Assembly: GCA_012295275.1 (NCBI GenBank)
Contig: CM022665.1
Location: 11,904,001-11,968,000, forward strand
Source of the DNA: Chrysomallon squamiferum
Taxonomy: Eukaryota; Animalia; Mollusca
Length of the DNA: 64,000 nt
Direction of reading: 5' to 3'
The translations under genes and the position numbers were made by a program. Shown here one piece after another: positions 28,989 to 42,000 of the stretch (position 1 is its first letter; each line of letters opens with the position of its first letter). The notes beneath the pieces were generated by a model that saw only the letters and a program-made list of their open reading frames with translations, was not told where the DNA came from and searched no databases.

Positions 28989-30597
28989 CAACAACAACAA
29001 TAATAAAATATTTCCTTTTATATAGTATTAACCACTTCAGAAATTAAGTGTGTTACATTTTTAATATTTTCTATAAATATTAGAATTAGAAAACCAATTT
29101 GAAAAAAATAAATAAAAATAAGTAAATAAATATTTCCTCATATACAATCACAATCACTTCAGAAAATATGAATCTTAAATGTATTAAATTTTTGATATTC
29201 TCCATATTTTGCAAGAAGAAAAGAAAGAAAAAAAAAAAATGCAGTTACCATTATAGAAAAAACAAAGTGTCTTTCTTAAAAAAAAAGATTAAAAAAAAAA
29301 GAAAAAAAAAAGAAAAACAATGATGATGATGATGATCACACACACACACACACACTAAATGTTGATATATAACATCCAGATAGACACATGTGCATGCATA
29401 AACACAATTTATGAAAGAAAATATTTTTATGTAGACAGATATATGTTTGTTTTCTCGTTTAAAAACTAAATCAGACATCAAAATTACCTAATTATTTGAA
29501 AACAGATTGAAGAATGTGTCACACATATTAACAAACATTTATCTATAATAAACTCCAAATATAGTAACAAAAATATAATAAAAATTATAAAAATTAACAT
29601 TTACATTTAAAAATTTAATAATAAATGCATTAATATATTTATTAAAAACTCATTTTTGATTGATTATTACTATTATTTTTTTTATTAATAAAATAAAAAT
29701 TTAAAAATTTAATAATAATAGTATCAATATAATTATATTAATACATCTATTATTAAAAACAATTTTTTATTTTTTATTGTACTTTTATTATTATTATTAT
29801 TATTTATTGTATTTTTTCTGCACACACACACACACTACAAAGAATTAATACTTTCATAATGAGAACATTCGTTTTACTAATAAACTATGTACAGACTAGT
29901 TTTATCACAAAGATACAATAAACCACAAAACAGCCTTTCTTAAACTGTTTATCATGTGCGTCTAAGACAAAGCATTAATAAGAGATTAATACTAATCGGG
30001 ACAAGCCATCTGTCAACTAGAAACCAATCTGCATAATTACAGCGAGAGCAGGCAATAATCGTCTGCTAATTCAGTGATGTGACTCACACACTGCAAAAAT
30101 AAGCCATGGAATCCTTATCCAAAAACCAAACAAGATTCCTTCCCAGCTAGACAATCTGATTAATTGGGTATAAAAAAAAAAATAATAATAATATGAATCA
30201 ACCATTAAAAGGTCCTAGCATATCTGTCATGGGCACGTAATTCTTGGAACATTGGTACTCTTCTCAGTAGTGTGTTAGTATATTAGAAAATTAGTTACAA
30301 TCAATAGAAGAAGTCTGTCATTTTCCCCATTAAGTTATGCCCCACGCTCAAAAACAAATGGTGTCAGTGGTAGAAAATGAATTAGAAAAGAAATGATTTA
30401 GTGATTTTGCAGTTTCACAGCTATTTCACTTCATTGTGGTCATAGTGTTTTAGAGGATTTGGTCCCAAACCTTCCAGTTAAAAGGCACAATTCTTAACTT
30501 CAGTGACATCAAGCTGACAAAAATAAAATATGACTAAAACAATCAAAGATAGTAATTTAGAAAATACTGTATTCATAATAGATATGTGTGTGTATGT

Positions 30598-30648
<51 letters not shown>

Positions 30649-31339
30649 ACATACATACACACACAGTAAAATAATAATCTGAGAAATAGAGTTGGATGAC
30701 TGGATGGATAAATGGACGGACTGACAAATGATGGGTTTCACGGATTGCTAGGTGAATTGATGGTTAAATAGAAATAGGGAAGCAGATTTAACAACTAATG
30801 ACTGGATGGATGAAAGATAAAATAATGGACAGACAAAAGGAGGTACCAACACATGATTTTATCGGAATATAAAGGACAGTCAGGTGTTTTTAGCAATCTG
30901 AATCAAATAACTCTGGAGTGAAAATACAGCTGAATCACTGCTAGTAACAGATAACAGTATGAAAAAAAATGACAGCAAACATGCAGAGATGAGGAACTGT
31001 AACACCAACATGCTGAACATCCTTCGTAGACATTTAGCCTTTACACGGAGACAATGAAAAGGTGTGAGGTCGAACCCAAAAGCTTAATTAGATGTCATGA
31101 ATACTTGTGACCACGAACCAGCAACAACCCTCCCTTAGTAATTACTGATATCCCACCCACAAATGTCAACACAAGAAGGCAACACAAGCTACATGGTGTC
31201 ACCTTGTGTTGACATACGGCTACCCCAGTTGAAATTTGATAAGCCTCATTCAATTCCACTTTCATTCTCTGCTGATGAAATTTCACCTACATCCTTAGTC
31301 ATCCTTTAGAAACATGTATCAAAGTATCCCACACACATG

Positions 31340-31370
<31 letters not shown>

Positions 31371-31694
31371 CATTCTGCTTTACTTTTAGCAATAAATGTA
31401 TTAGTTGTGTATAATAGTTTTTACTTTTTATAAGTAGACCTTCACATACATGCTTCAACATATACCATATATATGTGCATACAATTGTCTGCTTTACTTA
31501 AAGTATAGATATATTGAATACAAAATAACAATATTCTATCAAATCCAAATTATACAGTTCCACTGCAAATTTTATGTCCAACATTTTTAATTTATATTTG
31601 AAACTAATATTTAATTAATTATCTGCCTAATTTTTTATTTAAACTATGAAGGAAATTCAAGGCATTTTTTTTTTTTAATTATTGTATTATTTTA

Positions 31695-31738
<44 letters not shown>

Positions 31739-34082
31739 TTATAAAATAACTGGAATTAAAAGAATATAAAATAATAATAATAAACAAATAAATAAATAAA
31801 TTAGTCAAAGAAATTAAATGAATTTTATCTTGATGAGAAACATTTTATTATATTTGTCCAATAATAAAATAATGTGCAATTTTAAAGTTTTCCTTATTAT
31901 TATTTAATGTAAAAGATAATAATATATTTTCAAGGATTATAAAATATATTTTGTCATTTATTTAGTAGTTTTCAAAAAGATGCAACTCCACTTCAAACTA
32001 GTTTAACATTTTACTGGACCAAGGGGAACAACTCTTGTCTAATAAAAACTAAATGGAAACCAACTACCAAAATAAAGCATAATTTGTATTATTCGGAATA
32101 GTGCTAAAGTATGTAATATATATATAAAAACTGTCAAATATAGAGAAATAAATAAAAGCAGTTTCTCTTTCATTAGTTTAGACCAAACTTTTCATTTTTA
32201 ATCACTGCATAAATGAATAAATATTAATTATGATTTCTGAAAAGAGTGTTAAGTGCCACAGGTCCAAGTCTACTTTCATGATTGTTACCAGTAAAATGAT
32301 CTTTTATACATTATCTTCCTATACACCAGAATGCTAAAATTCAAATGAACTGCTTTCTAATCTAATCTGAACAAAAACAGTCAAATCTTTCGACTTTTCA
32401 TCCAATCCTCAATATTCATTTAATTATTATTACTATTATACACTAAGTTATTTGTATGTTATTGTATTTTAATATACCTTTTGAATAGCTAGTAAAATAA
32501 AATAAAATTATCTACTTCATCATATTCTGTATGTTTTTAAATTTATTTACCTTTCATTACCAGTTCCAGTAAGATCCAGTGTCCTCTCATAAAAGCCTGA
32601 TGTCCTTAAATCTGACAGACAATGATCATATGTTGCTTTCTGATTACTTTCAGCTTTAACTGTCAGAGGATTATCTGAGCTATTTTCAGAATCTGCTAAA
32701 TGAGTCTCCACCATCTTGAGCACGTTATGAGAATTGTCAAAATTATCTCCGACAACATTTTTCAACTGTGCACCATCAGTATCTGCTTGATGTTCTAAGT
32801 TATCATGTGTCTTCTCCAGAGACTCATCTGTCTGTGCATCATCACCCAGTTTCAGTGCATTAAAATTATTTATTAAGCTGTCATCTGCTTGTTCTTTAAC
32901 ATGACTCTGATCAGTCAGTTGCCAATCATCACAGTCCAGTTGAATTTTATCACACGATTGTGTTGAATCATCATTCTCACTTTGATTCATCTTACGAACA
33001 GGCTGTTGTGTCAGAAAAACATTATCTGACATTAGCATACCTTCATCTTGTTTTAAAAAGTATCTGGCGTCCTGGTTAATGCAGATAATATTGTCTAAAG
33101 GGTCAGTTTTTGATGCTCTAGGCAGTCTCTGTCTTAGTTCCTCGATGATGGCTGGATTGTTGTACAAGTCAACGAGTTGAAGTTTCTGTTCAGCTATCCT
33201 TCTTTGTTTTCGTTCTTCTTCTAGACACTTTTCACTGAAATGGTTTGGAGGCTTAGTATTATAAATAAGTAAATAAATAAGATCTATTTTAAGGGTATTT
33301 CAAACTTTTGAGATATTCATAATATACTACACAGATTTATAATAATAAATTATATAATTTATGACCTCTTATTCTTAATTAGCAGTATGGATATCTACCA
33401 AAACCACTGATATACCCGGTTATTTTTTTCTTGTACCAGTTTTGTTTTTAAATTAAATATCTGCATACTTTTCTATTTAGCAATGAAAATAATACACAAC
33501 TTCAAAATGATGTTAATGTTTAAACTACTACATCAAGATGTCAGTGTATATATTATATTTTTAAATGCAAAATTCAATAAAAAATTAATATATGTAAAGA
33601 CTACCTATATATGCATCACATGATGTTGCTGACTGATAACTAAAAAGGGTTTTTATTATATTTAATGTAAATTAAAAATACATCAACCAGTAATTCCGCC
33701 CTCTTTCTTTAAAATAAATGTTGGCGTGGTTTTGTTTTAATAAACTTTATTTATTGCAACAATGTGTAATAATATACTGTATTCTCTACTAGAACTGTTA
33801 CCCATGTAGTGTTCACTAAATGATATTTACATCTGCTGCTTCTTTTATATTTTTTATTTTTACCGCCACCAGCAACACATCTTCAATTGGTAGAGCCTAC
33901 CTTTGCTCTAAATTATCTCTAAGTTCATTCATTTGCATTAATTTCTTCTCCACTACAGATCTTATCTCATACAAGGTTTGTCTGTCTGTAGAATTTAGCT
34001 TGTCAGTATTTTTTTCTGGAGATCTGTCAATGCGACGATGATATCTTACCAAGTTATGACTGACACTTCCACGTGTCGCCAT
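15119..34082 (-). CDS. MIPOL1: MIPOL1-like (mirror-image polydactyly 1) coiled-coil protein; 9 coding exons found, 3' end not found in window (partial)
   Basis: Exons on minus strand: 34082-33901, 33234-32551, 23417-23356, 23003-22210, 21773-21713, 19658-19547, 18675-18633, 15928-15782, 15208-15119. All are GT-AG with consistent phases (2,2,1,0,1,2,0,0,0), giving 725 open codons. The ATG sits in an aagATGGCG context. Exons 6 and 8 encode EIQDRRDATMMEKGAILERER and DQLGKEILFNIDRFK...IESLVQERNNALSK, which resemble my recollection of vertebrate MIPOL1 (AQKERDEAVMSRL.. / IVDRIYK..MSALIEERDAALSK). The last donor AGG|gtaagt at 15118 has no downstream exon I could find. Confidence 0.72.
15325..15500. 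repeat. Compound trinucleotide microsatellite (TAT/TGC/TAC/TCC)n
   Basis: Read directly from the sequence; it produces the spurious poly-V/T/L ORFs at 15265-15531. Confidence 0.95.
18840..19250. repeat. Degenerate minisatellite, ~80-95 bp unit, 4-5 copies
   Basis: Recurring (c/t)tttaagaca...caaatattt...tcca/tcaaata(c/t)tgta and gaaaca(t/c)tgtgatttta motifs. Confidence 0.6.
21466..21585 (-). mobile_element. Decayed SINE fragment (same family as 63554-63738)
   Basis: The reverse complement atataaaggatgacttgcttctaat aligns with atgtaacagatcacttgctgctaat at about 63619. It continues with the family-like caggacaggacataccacagccttt. Confidence 0.55.
24100..25170 (-). mobile_element. Highly degenerate DIRS-like retrotransposon relic in MIPOL1-like intron 2
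   Basis: Minus-strand fragments appear in DIRS order: QWDTVGSDAIWGQGGYTV (pre-RT W..I.SD.W....GY-like), YLTIFCMLK...SRLN...DDIRAF (RT start-like) and LSQ....EDLRMSAWKLTG (like the DIRS L.L.AW.LSG motif ending the RT/RNaseH/MT ORF). Many stops and frameshifts; the match is by recall only. Confidence 0.4.
26142..26361. repeat. Diverged ~114-bp tandem duplication
   Basis: cc(a/g)taaagataaatttaca...taatgaaataa...atctccaaa...ttctcaaaact occurs at 26142 and 26256. Confidence 0.8.
30585..30647. repeat. (TG)n microsatellite
   Basis: Read directly. Similar (TG)n/(CA)n tracts occur at about 10310 and 31697, and (TAT)n/(AAT)n at about 5130, 6165, 8275 and 28940. Confidence 0.95.
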
Positions 34083-34160
34083 CTTGAAACACCTGTCAAC
34101 TGAAAAATGCATTGTGGGCAATTATCGATCGGCAAGGAAAAAGAGTTACTTCCCTTATAT
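34070..34160 (-). promoter_or_regulatory. MIPOL1-like promoter/start region
   Basis: YY1-type AAGATGGCG spans the start codon, CACGTG lies at 34070-34075, and local CpGs are retained. Confidence 0.45.
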
Positions 34161-35619
34161 CGTTAATAAAAAGTTTATTGTGATTCTATTTTGAAACATC
34201 GCAAAATTTATAAATAAAAACTAATACACAGTGTAGTAGTATACAAATATAAATTCTTGCATATGTAACTAAATTAAATATGGGTGTTCAGTTAATTTTT
34301 AAAATTATTTATCCTGCATTCAGTCATGTAGTGGCAAAATATGACTAGACAAATCTCTAAATAACAATGGAACTATATATATATTATTCAAAGTGTTTCA
34401 TTCTTGGTTTATATATTAAAAGACCATTTTGAAAACTTTTTATGTAAGCTTCGTTTATTAGCTAAAGCAAATGCTCCAACTGTAACCTTTCAATAACTGA
34501 ATATGAAGTTATCACTGTAATGGGGACACAAAACATCAAGACAGAAAAAATTATTATTTTTTAAAAATATATTTCAAAATTAAGAAAACAAAAATTAAAA
34601 CTATCAAAGAAAAACAGAAACTCTTTCACTGGATTACAAGATGTTTCATGTAACTTTTCAGATCTTCATCATGTAGATTCAAAAAACCACTGATCATCTA
34701 AGTGGATATGTTATGTGTGTTAATACCTTACTAACAACATTTAGAATATTAAAAGAAAGAAAAAAAGAATGAACAACAGAGCAACAGTTTGTCACAACTT
34801 ATTTATTTCCATCTAGGATAAAAAATAAAAATAAAAACAATAATAATATGAATAATAACAGTAACAGTAGTAATAACTGTAATGATGATAATAGTTATAG
34901 TTGTAATCACTTTTAATGATAAAATCTGCCTCCTGTATTTTTGAGATTGTTGAGTAATCTGTCCAAATATTTTTGTAATTTACGTCACAAAAGTATTTAA
35001 AAGAAAATAATTATTTTTTTAAATTAATTTACAAATGATAATTTTACAACACCAACTTTTTATTTATGATAAAATGACAAACACATAGTGTTTGTATTAC
35101 ATGAACTCAGACTTATTTACACTTTCATATTTCATTTATACACATCTTTATCTAGACAAGATAGCTTATAGTCTACCTTAATGATAGGGTCTTTGATACA
35201 CCAGACTACATGACTAGTTGGAATGTGTTACCAGGTGGACACACAGGGGAAATTTATTCTGCAAAGCATTACTCCACAGACAAACACTCCTCTATTCGTA
35301 GCAACTTCTTCAAAACGTAAGTGAAAGTGCAGTATTCATTCAAACCAAGAACCAATGAATTAAAGTAACAATGTAACATATTTAGATGATGCAAATCACA
35401 AACTAATCCAATTTTCTGTATTTTTGTTACTATTTAAATTTATTTATAACTTTTATATCTTTCACATTATGGATAAATCAACAGTACTGGTGATGTGGAA
35501 AATGATGATTGTTTTGGCTAACAAAATATTTAAAAAAAAAAAAATTTATGCACTGTAAATATTAAGCAAATAAAGTTAGTGTCTTTACCAAAGTTGTAAC
35601 TGAAGAATAAGAGAATTTT

Positions 35620-35651
<32 letters not shown>

Positions 35652-36054
35652 TATTAATGCAATTTAATAAAAATATGTTTGCACATTTCAAGTAAAATGC
35701 AACTAAATTATACTTAAAATAAAATTTGCATAAATAAGTGTATCTTTTATATTAATATATATAAAGGCACTTTGGTAAATTTTCTGTCATTCTGTTCCTT
35801 AATGTGGTATTTTAACAAAATCCATTTGTTTAAATTAACCAACGTAGAGCTGAACATAGTCATTCCAAGGACTATCTCACTTACTGTATTATCAACTATT
35901 ATGAAACTAATTAAACAAACAAACACATCTCAGTTTAAATGAAACCTCATCTGAAATGTAACAATATGAAATTTCTCAGCAATGAAGATTTTAACTGTCA
36001 TGAAATGTTCACAATACATGGTCATGTAGAACATCTTTGTAAACACCAACCACA

Positions 36055-39000
36055 TCAACTTCCAATTTTGTCAACCATGCCGCTCCCATCAACTCCATTG
36101 TAGAAGAAGAAGTTGTTATGTGGTTGGTCCTTCTGGGACACAGCCTATAAATCAGAGACAAAAACAGATCAAATAACATTTGACAAATAAAATAAAATAA
36201 TAATCAGTTAATAAGAATAAAGAAAGACATTTTATTAACATGCTAAACAAAATTTTAATCTCTGATCATAAATTTGGTTAAGGAAAAACGAAAATAACTT
36301 TTTGATTTAATAACCTACAGGAAACCATCTTGCAAATAACAATTAATTAGTAAGAATAAAGAAAAAAACGGTATTTAATGACACTGAAAACTACTTTAAT
36401 CTGTGGCCACCTGCTGTTATATGCATAGTTAAAAACATCAAAAATAATTGTTTTATGTAAAAACCCTATTACAAAGCATAGTGCATTTTCAAGTAAAAGT
36501 ATTCTGTTAATAATTTAAACAGCCATTATATAAACAAAATCAATTATATAATTAGCCATACCTTAATAATTTCCTGTCCCATCACTCCACCAACAATAGC
36601 ACAAACTGGGCTGAGTTCAGCAAAACAAAATCTAAAAATACAATTAAATACATATTAAATTTTTTAAATCTTGAGACATTTGTTTAGTACACATATGAAT
36701 TAAATTAAGTTTGTATGAATTAAGCAGGCACTGGCTAAAAAAAAAAAAAAAAAAATTCTAGTATCAAAATCAATTTTAAAACGTGTTTGAGGTATGTTAC
36801 ATTTAACTAAAAGGTGCAGAAAGAAGACCTGTATTATAATACTAATGATATAACAATTTAATTGTTCCCACATGAAAATTCAAATTATTTGTTGCATAAT
36901 GACAAAGTCCATTAAGCTAACTCTTCAGAACAAAATCTGCACTTTATGTTCCTGTTTTAATCAAGAAGGTAGCAGTGTTGTAATTATAACTGATTACAGC
37001 ATAAACTCATTAACAAATAGAAATCATATAAGGAAGACTGGTCATCAGATAACTATGAAAAGAACAAAACAATTATTTTATGTTGACAAACCTTGCAAAA
37101 TCACTGGGGATTAATTTACTGTCAGCATGTATCTCATTCAAAGTTGTCTCTTTCAATTGTGTCAAAAGTTTCTCATCTTCACGAAGTGTTTTGATTTGTG
37201 GTCGTCTGCCCTGTTTCTCTACAAACTTCAACAAAACTGTTTGTGAAAAAGAGAAAAGTAGTTTCTAAAACAAAGGTTCTATCTACAGTTACAAAAACAC
37301 ATAACAAAATAAATGTAACAACCAGAGAAAATACAAGAAGGATTTCTGGGGGCTTTTTGTTTAACTGTCGCCAGGCAACAAAATTTGCATTTGTAGAGCC
37401 TACCACTGCTCTAAATTTTCTTTAACTTCAACCAACTGCATCAATTCCATTAATATCCCAACCTATTCTTTAATACAAAGAATCTTTATGTGTCATATGT
37501 ATGTTTTTAGTTATGATTTTATGTGGTTAAAAAAATATGGGAAAAGGTTTATTATGTTTAAATGTGGGTATTTTTTTATTTCATTTATTAAATTAAAGTG
37601 GAATATCTTACCCTGAATAATGAAGAAGCAGACAGGAGTTTTTTTCAGTTTCTTCTCTGCTTGGTCATTGGACCAGTCAACCTGTAGAGCATCTTCCAAA
37701 CACGTGAAAGAGATTAACTGTAAATAATAATTAAAAATCAAAAACAACAAGTTTTAAAAAATTCTCAGGTATAATTATGTTTAAAAATTTGGGCAGATTG
37801 AACACTACAGTATTACTGTAATCCTCATGTGATGACATTAATACTATTACTTTTTTTTTAGTAATTTCTTTATGAAGAAGAGCAAGTTAACATTTCTACA
37901 ATGTTACTTTTTCAGTGGCTTTCAGTGAAGGTTGTTTGCAATATTAGGATACTGTCATGAGTCATTAATTTTTTTTAATTATATATATTTACTATGTGAT
38001 TGAAATAAAAGACTAAAATGCACAAAGTGAGATAAAAATAAAAATAAAAAAATGAAATTTACAATAAATAACTTACATATTTTAACATTTATATGTATTA
38101 TTCTATTAATTTAAATTTAAAGTTGTTTTTTAAATTCTAAAATATTTTCTTTTCTTCTTATTTTATGAGGCGTTTAAAGGTCTTTCTAATAACATTATAT
38201 ATAAAAAGGCAGTTTTGTAAAATTCTAATTAATCATAGCAAAAATAAAATAAAAAATAGCAAATAAATAAATAAAACAAATGGCATTGTCTTCCTGAAAA
38301 TAAGTAAACATAAAAATGGTATAAACCAAACCTTCTTGAGTGTTACAGTTTCATCTTCTTCCACCTTTGCTTTCTTTGGTGGTGGCTGTTCAACTGTACA
38401 TGAACTGTTTTCTTCCTTCTCTGATTTTGGTTTTGTTACCTCTCTGCAATAATAAGATAAATTGTAAGTAAAAGGTTTAACTGTCAGTTTTCATCAGCCT
38501 TGCTATCAAAATTTTCATTAACCTTCAATATATGGCCTGCACCTATTTTGTATAACATTTCTTGTCATAAAAATGAAATTAGATCCATAAAGTACCTACA
38601 AAAATGAACAAAATTTCAGACTTTTTAATCTTCTCTGCTATATCCATTTTCTGAATGTTTTTTCTTCTTCACACACAATTGTATGAATAAATTTAACACA
38701 GTGGAAATTAACTGATTACAATTAATAATCTGGATTTTGCATAAATAATTTTGAAAAGATAAGAAGGTAAGTTAAGTTAAATGCTTCTAATAAATTTGTG
38801 ATTATTCTATTTTTCCACTGCTTGTTGATGTATTAGTAAACCACCCCAACCCATGTGTAGTATATTTTTCACATGGAATGTTGAGTTTAAACCCTTTATG
38901 CATGACTACAAAAACCAGTTTAAAATTTCTACAAATTCAGTCACAGGGTTAAAACAATCTTACTCTGCATATTCATGTTGTCCTAAATCAGTGAACATGA

Positions 39001-42000
39001 AACCATAGTAACCAAACACATCCCCAGCAAAGAACTTCACATTGTTGAGACCACATATCTTGTTAATACGACATAAAGTAGCAGAAGGACAGCAGGTAAC
39101 ACACACAACATCAAAGTTTGTGAAAAAATCATCAGACTTGCTGTCAACTCCATCTGCATCGGCTGTCACTTCTACCATTGGATTCAACATCTTCACCTTC
39201 TCTAATGATGCTTTGGCTCTCTGACATATTTTAATGAAATGAAACAATGATATAAACATGGATGATAAGAATATGAATTCTGGTATATTTAACACTTATT
39301 ATATCAGTGTTTACCACATTGAGACATATTATGCCAGATATGGGGGCATGCTAAATGTACAAGAGGTATTTTGAATATGATGTATTAAGAACAATTTTTT
39401 TCTGATTCCATTAATGTCTATGGCCAAGAAGTCCTGCTATGCAAAATAAATAATTTATTAAATATCTGTCTTGTTTTAATTTAAATTTAAAAAAAAAAAA
39501 TAAAAAATAAAATATCATAACCAAAATAATTTAGGTAAGATCTTTTATTCATTATTTGAAGTATTTATATTTTATATTATACTTTTTAAAGAACTTTCAT
39601 GATATATATTGTGCATAAAAATATTTCAGGGGTTGAGGTGGGTATGCACCAAAAAGGCTGAGAACTATTGCATTATAAGCTTTTTGGTAAATATGGTATG
39701 TTATGTATGTGTATATGTATATGATTGCACATACATATTTGTATGCATATACGGAAGAAAGTTTTTCAATATATACTGATAGTATTTATTATTAAAAAAA
39801 CCAGGTTATTCATGTTACATTTTTGCCAACATCAGATCTGGTCACCAAGAATTGCGATGTCTCATCTTCTTTGTCCACCTGTCAAAAACAAAATTAAAAA
39901 TCTCCAGTGACTGAAAGAATAAAAACATTAACAATAATATCATACATACATTGAAACTCCTCTAAAATGAATCTTCTGTAAACTGAAATTCCCTCAAATG
40001 TTTTTCTATTTTTTGGTTCCATGATATATACAGCTGTAATCATTGTAAATAATCCCTAAAAAACAAAAACTGTGTACTCTTAATACTGAATGCACCATCT
40101 AGTCCTGCTGTGTTTAATACAAATTTTACCTATGAAAACTGAAATGTCAAAAACATGCAAGGTACACTGTCTGTTTAGACCATCCCAGTTAGCTGTCAAA
40201 ATTGCAGACTTACAGGTTGCAAAGGTAACAATTCATGCTCAGTGTTGCATTTCTGGATTGTATTTAAGTATCAGTCTGATAGCTGAGTTCAATTATCCCT
40301 TGAAAAGCGTTTTTCATTCAGTTAATTCCTTAATGTTTTTAACAGAAATAAACTGTGTACTGTGCTTATTGGAAATACAATTTGTACTGCTTTCCAAAGA
40401 ATCTGTTGCTGGTAGTACTTGATGTGCTTGTGAAAATGACTCACTGCATTTTGTTTATTTGTATTCCCCAATTTTTGTTTTGCCAAATAAGTCATTCAGT
40501 TTACTATGGAAAATTTCAAAGTTATATCAATACCATTTCTTTTCCATATCCAGTATCAATATGTTGCAATTGTCATTAAAAAGGTGTGATATTCAGCTGT
40601 CACTGGATGATAAAGTTCAAATTATTAGCAACTATGAAACATTAGACTTTAGAGTCATAAAATGATTTTTGGGGCATTGGGAAATTGAGTACTGGCAACA
40701 TACTCAAGAAAAGGGACATGTATAAATTGGGCTATAAAAATATAATGCAAATGGAAGTAAACAGACATTTAAAAATGTAAATCTGACAAACTAAATGAAC
40801 TCGTTTTTGGCAGTGATTTTGTCAAACTCATGCAAAAAACATTCCTGTCAGTGGCTACATATACATCTTGTAAAGGCTATTTCTTGAAACCTCAATAAAC
40901 CAAATAAATGATTTGGTTAAAAGAGTGCTCGATTTAGAGGCCTTTCACTGTATAATAGATAGATAGATAATTAGACAAATAGATACAGAGATAAACAGAT
41001 AGATAAATACATATGACATTTATATTTAAAAACAACAGAGAAATACATGTATTTTTAATATATTTGAAAATAAAATAAAGTCATTAGTTTACAGGATTAA
41101 AATTCTGTATTCTAAACAAGATTGATATAAAACTTAACTACAGAGAAGCTTTTATTTCATAATTAAAAAATATAAAACAATCCAAAAAAAAAGATGATCA
41201 AATAACAAATCTATGTTTTTACAGCTGTATTTGTATTTATTTTATAACACTGAAGAGTAGTTACAAATTTAGAGGTAATTATATATGGCATAAATACAAT
41301 GAAAAAAAAATCTTCTAATTATATTTAATATACATATTTTTTTAATTTTCTACAGAGTAATATTATCCATATATAAAAAAAAATTTACAACTGAATAATG
41401 TTTATTGCAAAGATTCTAAAGCCTCATTCAATGAGATTTTAATTTTTTCAGCATGAAATAAAAAAGTCTCCATGCGTACTCACAAAATTATTTTATTCTT
41501 GTACTTTTTTTTATATCTACAGATTAATTTCAAAAAATAAAACAACCACTCTGAACCATGCATAATCTAATAGGTAATAGAAACAAATATACACTACAGT
41601 TTCCTACCACAGAACTGTCAAGTAATGTCAAAGACTTGATTCCTGATAACACTACATTTTTGGCAACTTCTGCTCCCAGACCCTTGACTCCAATCAGCAA
41701 AACTCGAGCAGCACGCAATCTGGAAAAAAAAAAAAAAAAAAAAAAAAAATAGAATTAATACAATAGTAAATATTCTATAATTTATAACAAAATGAAATCT
41801 CATTGGTTTCTAAGTAAATGTAAGATTACCAATAGTGTTTTGAATCATACCATTTAAAATGTGTTTGCCTGTTCCAATAAAATGTCTGCATTAATCTGAT
41901 TTAATATGTCTGTAAATGTTTTTTTTTTTTTTTTTTTTTTACTGACTTTATTTTGTTTGGAAATTCCATCATCATTATTATTATTTAATTCTGTATTTTG

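Noticed and set aside
30458-30480. TTTGGTCCCAAACCTTCCAG resembling miR-133
   Set aside because: Only the 5' nine bases match, and I found no complementary arm for a pre-miRNA hairpin.
32551-32561. Alternative MIPOL1-like exon 2 donor (G|gtaatg at 32560)
   Set aside because: It is phase 1 and puts exons 3-4 out of frame; the donor at 32550 keeps the frame.
35150-35225. Possible SINE fragment in the SAE1 3' region
   Set aside because: Too short and degenerate to support as a feature.
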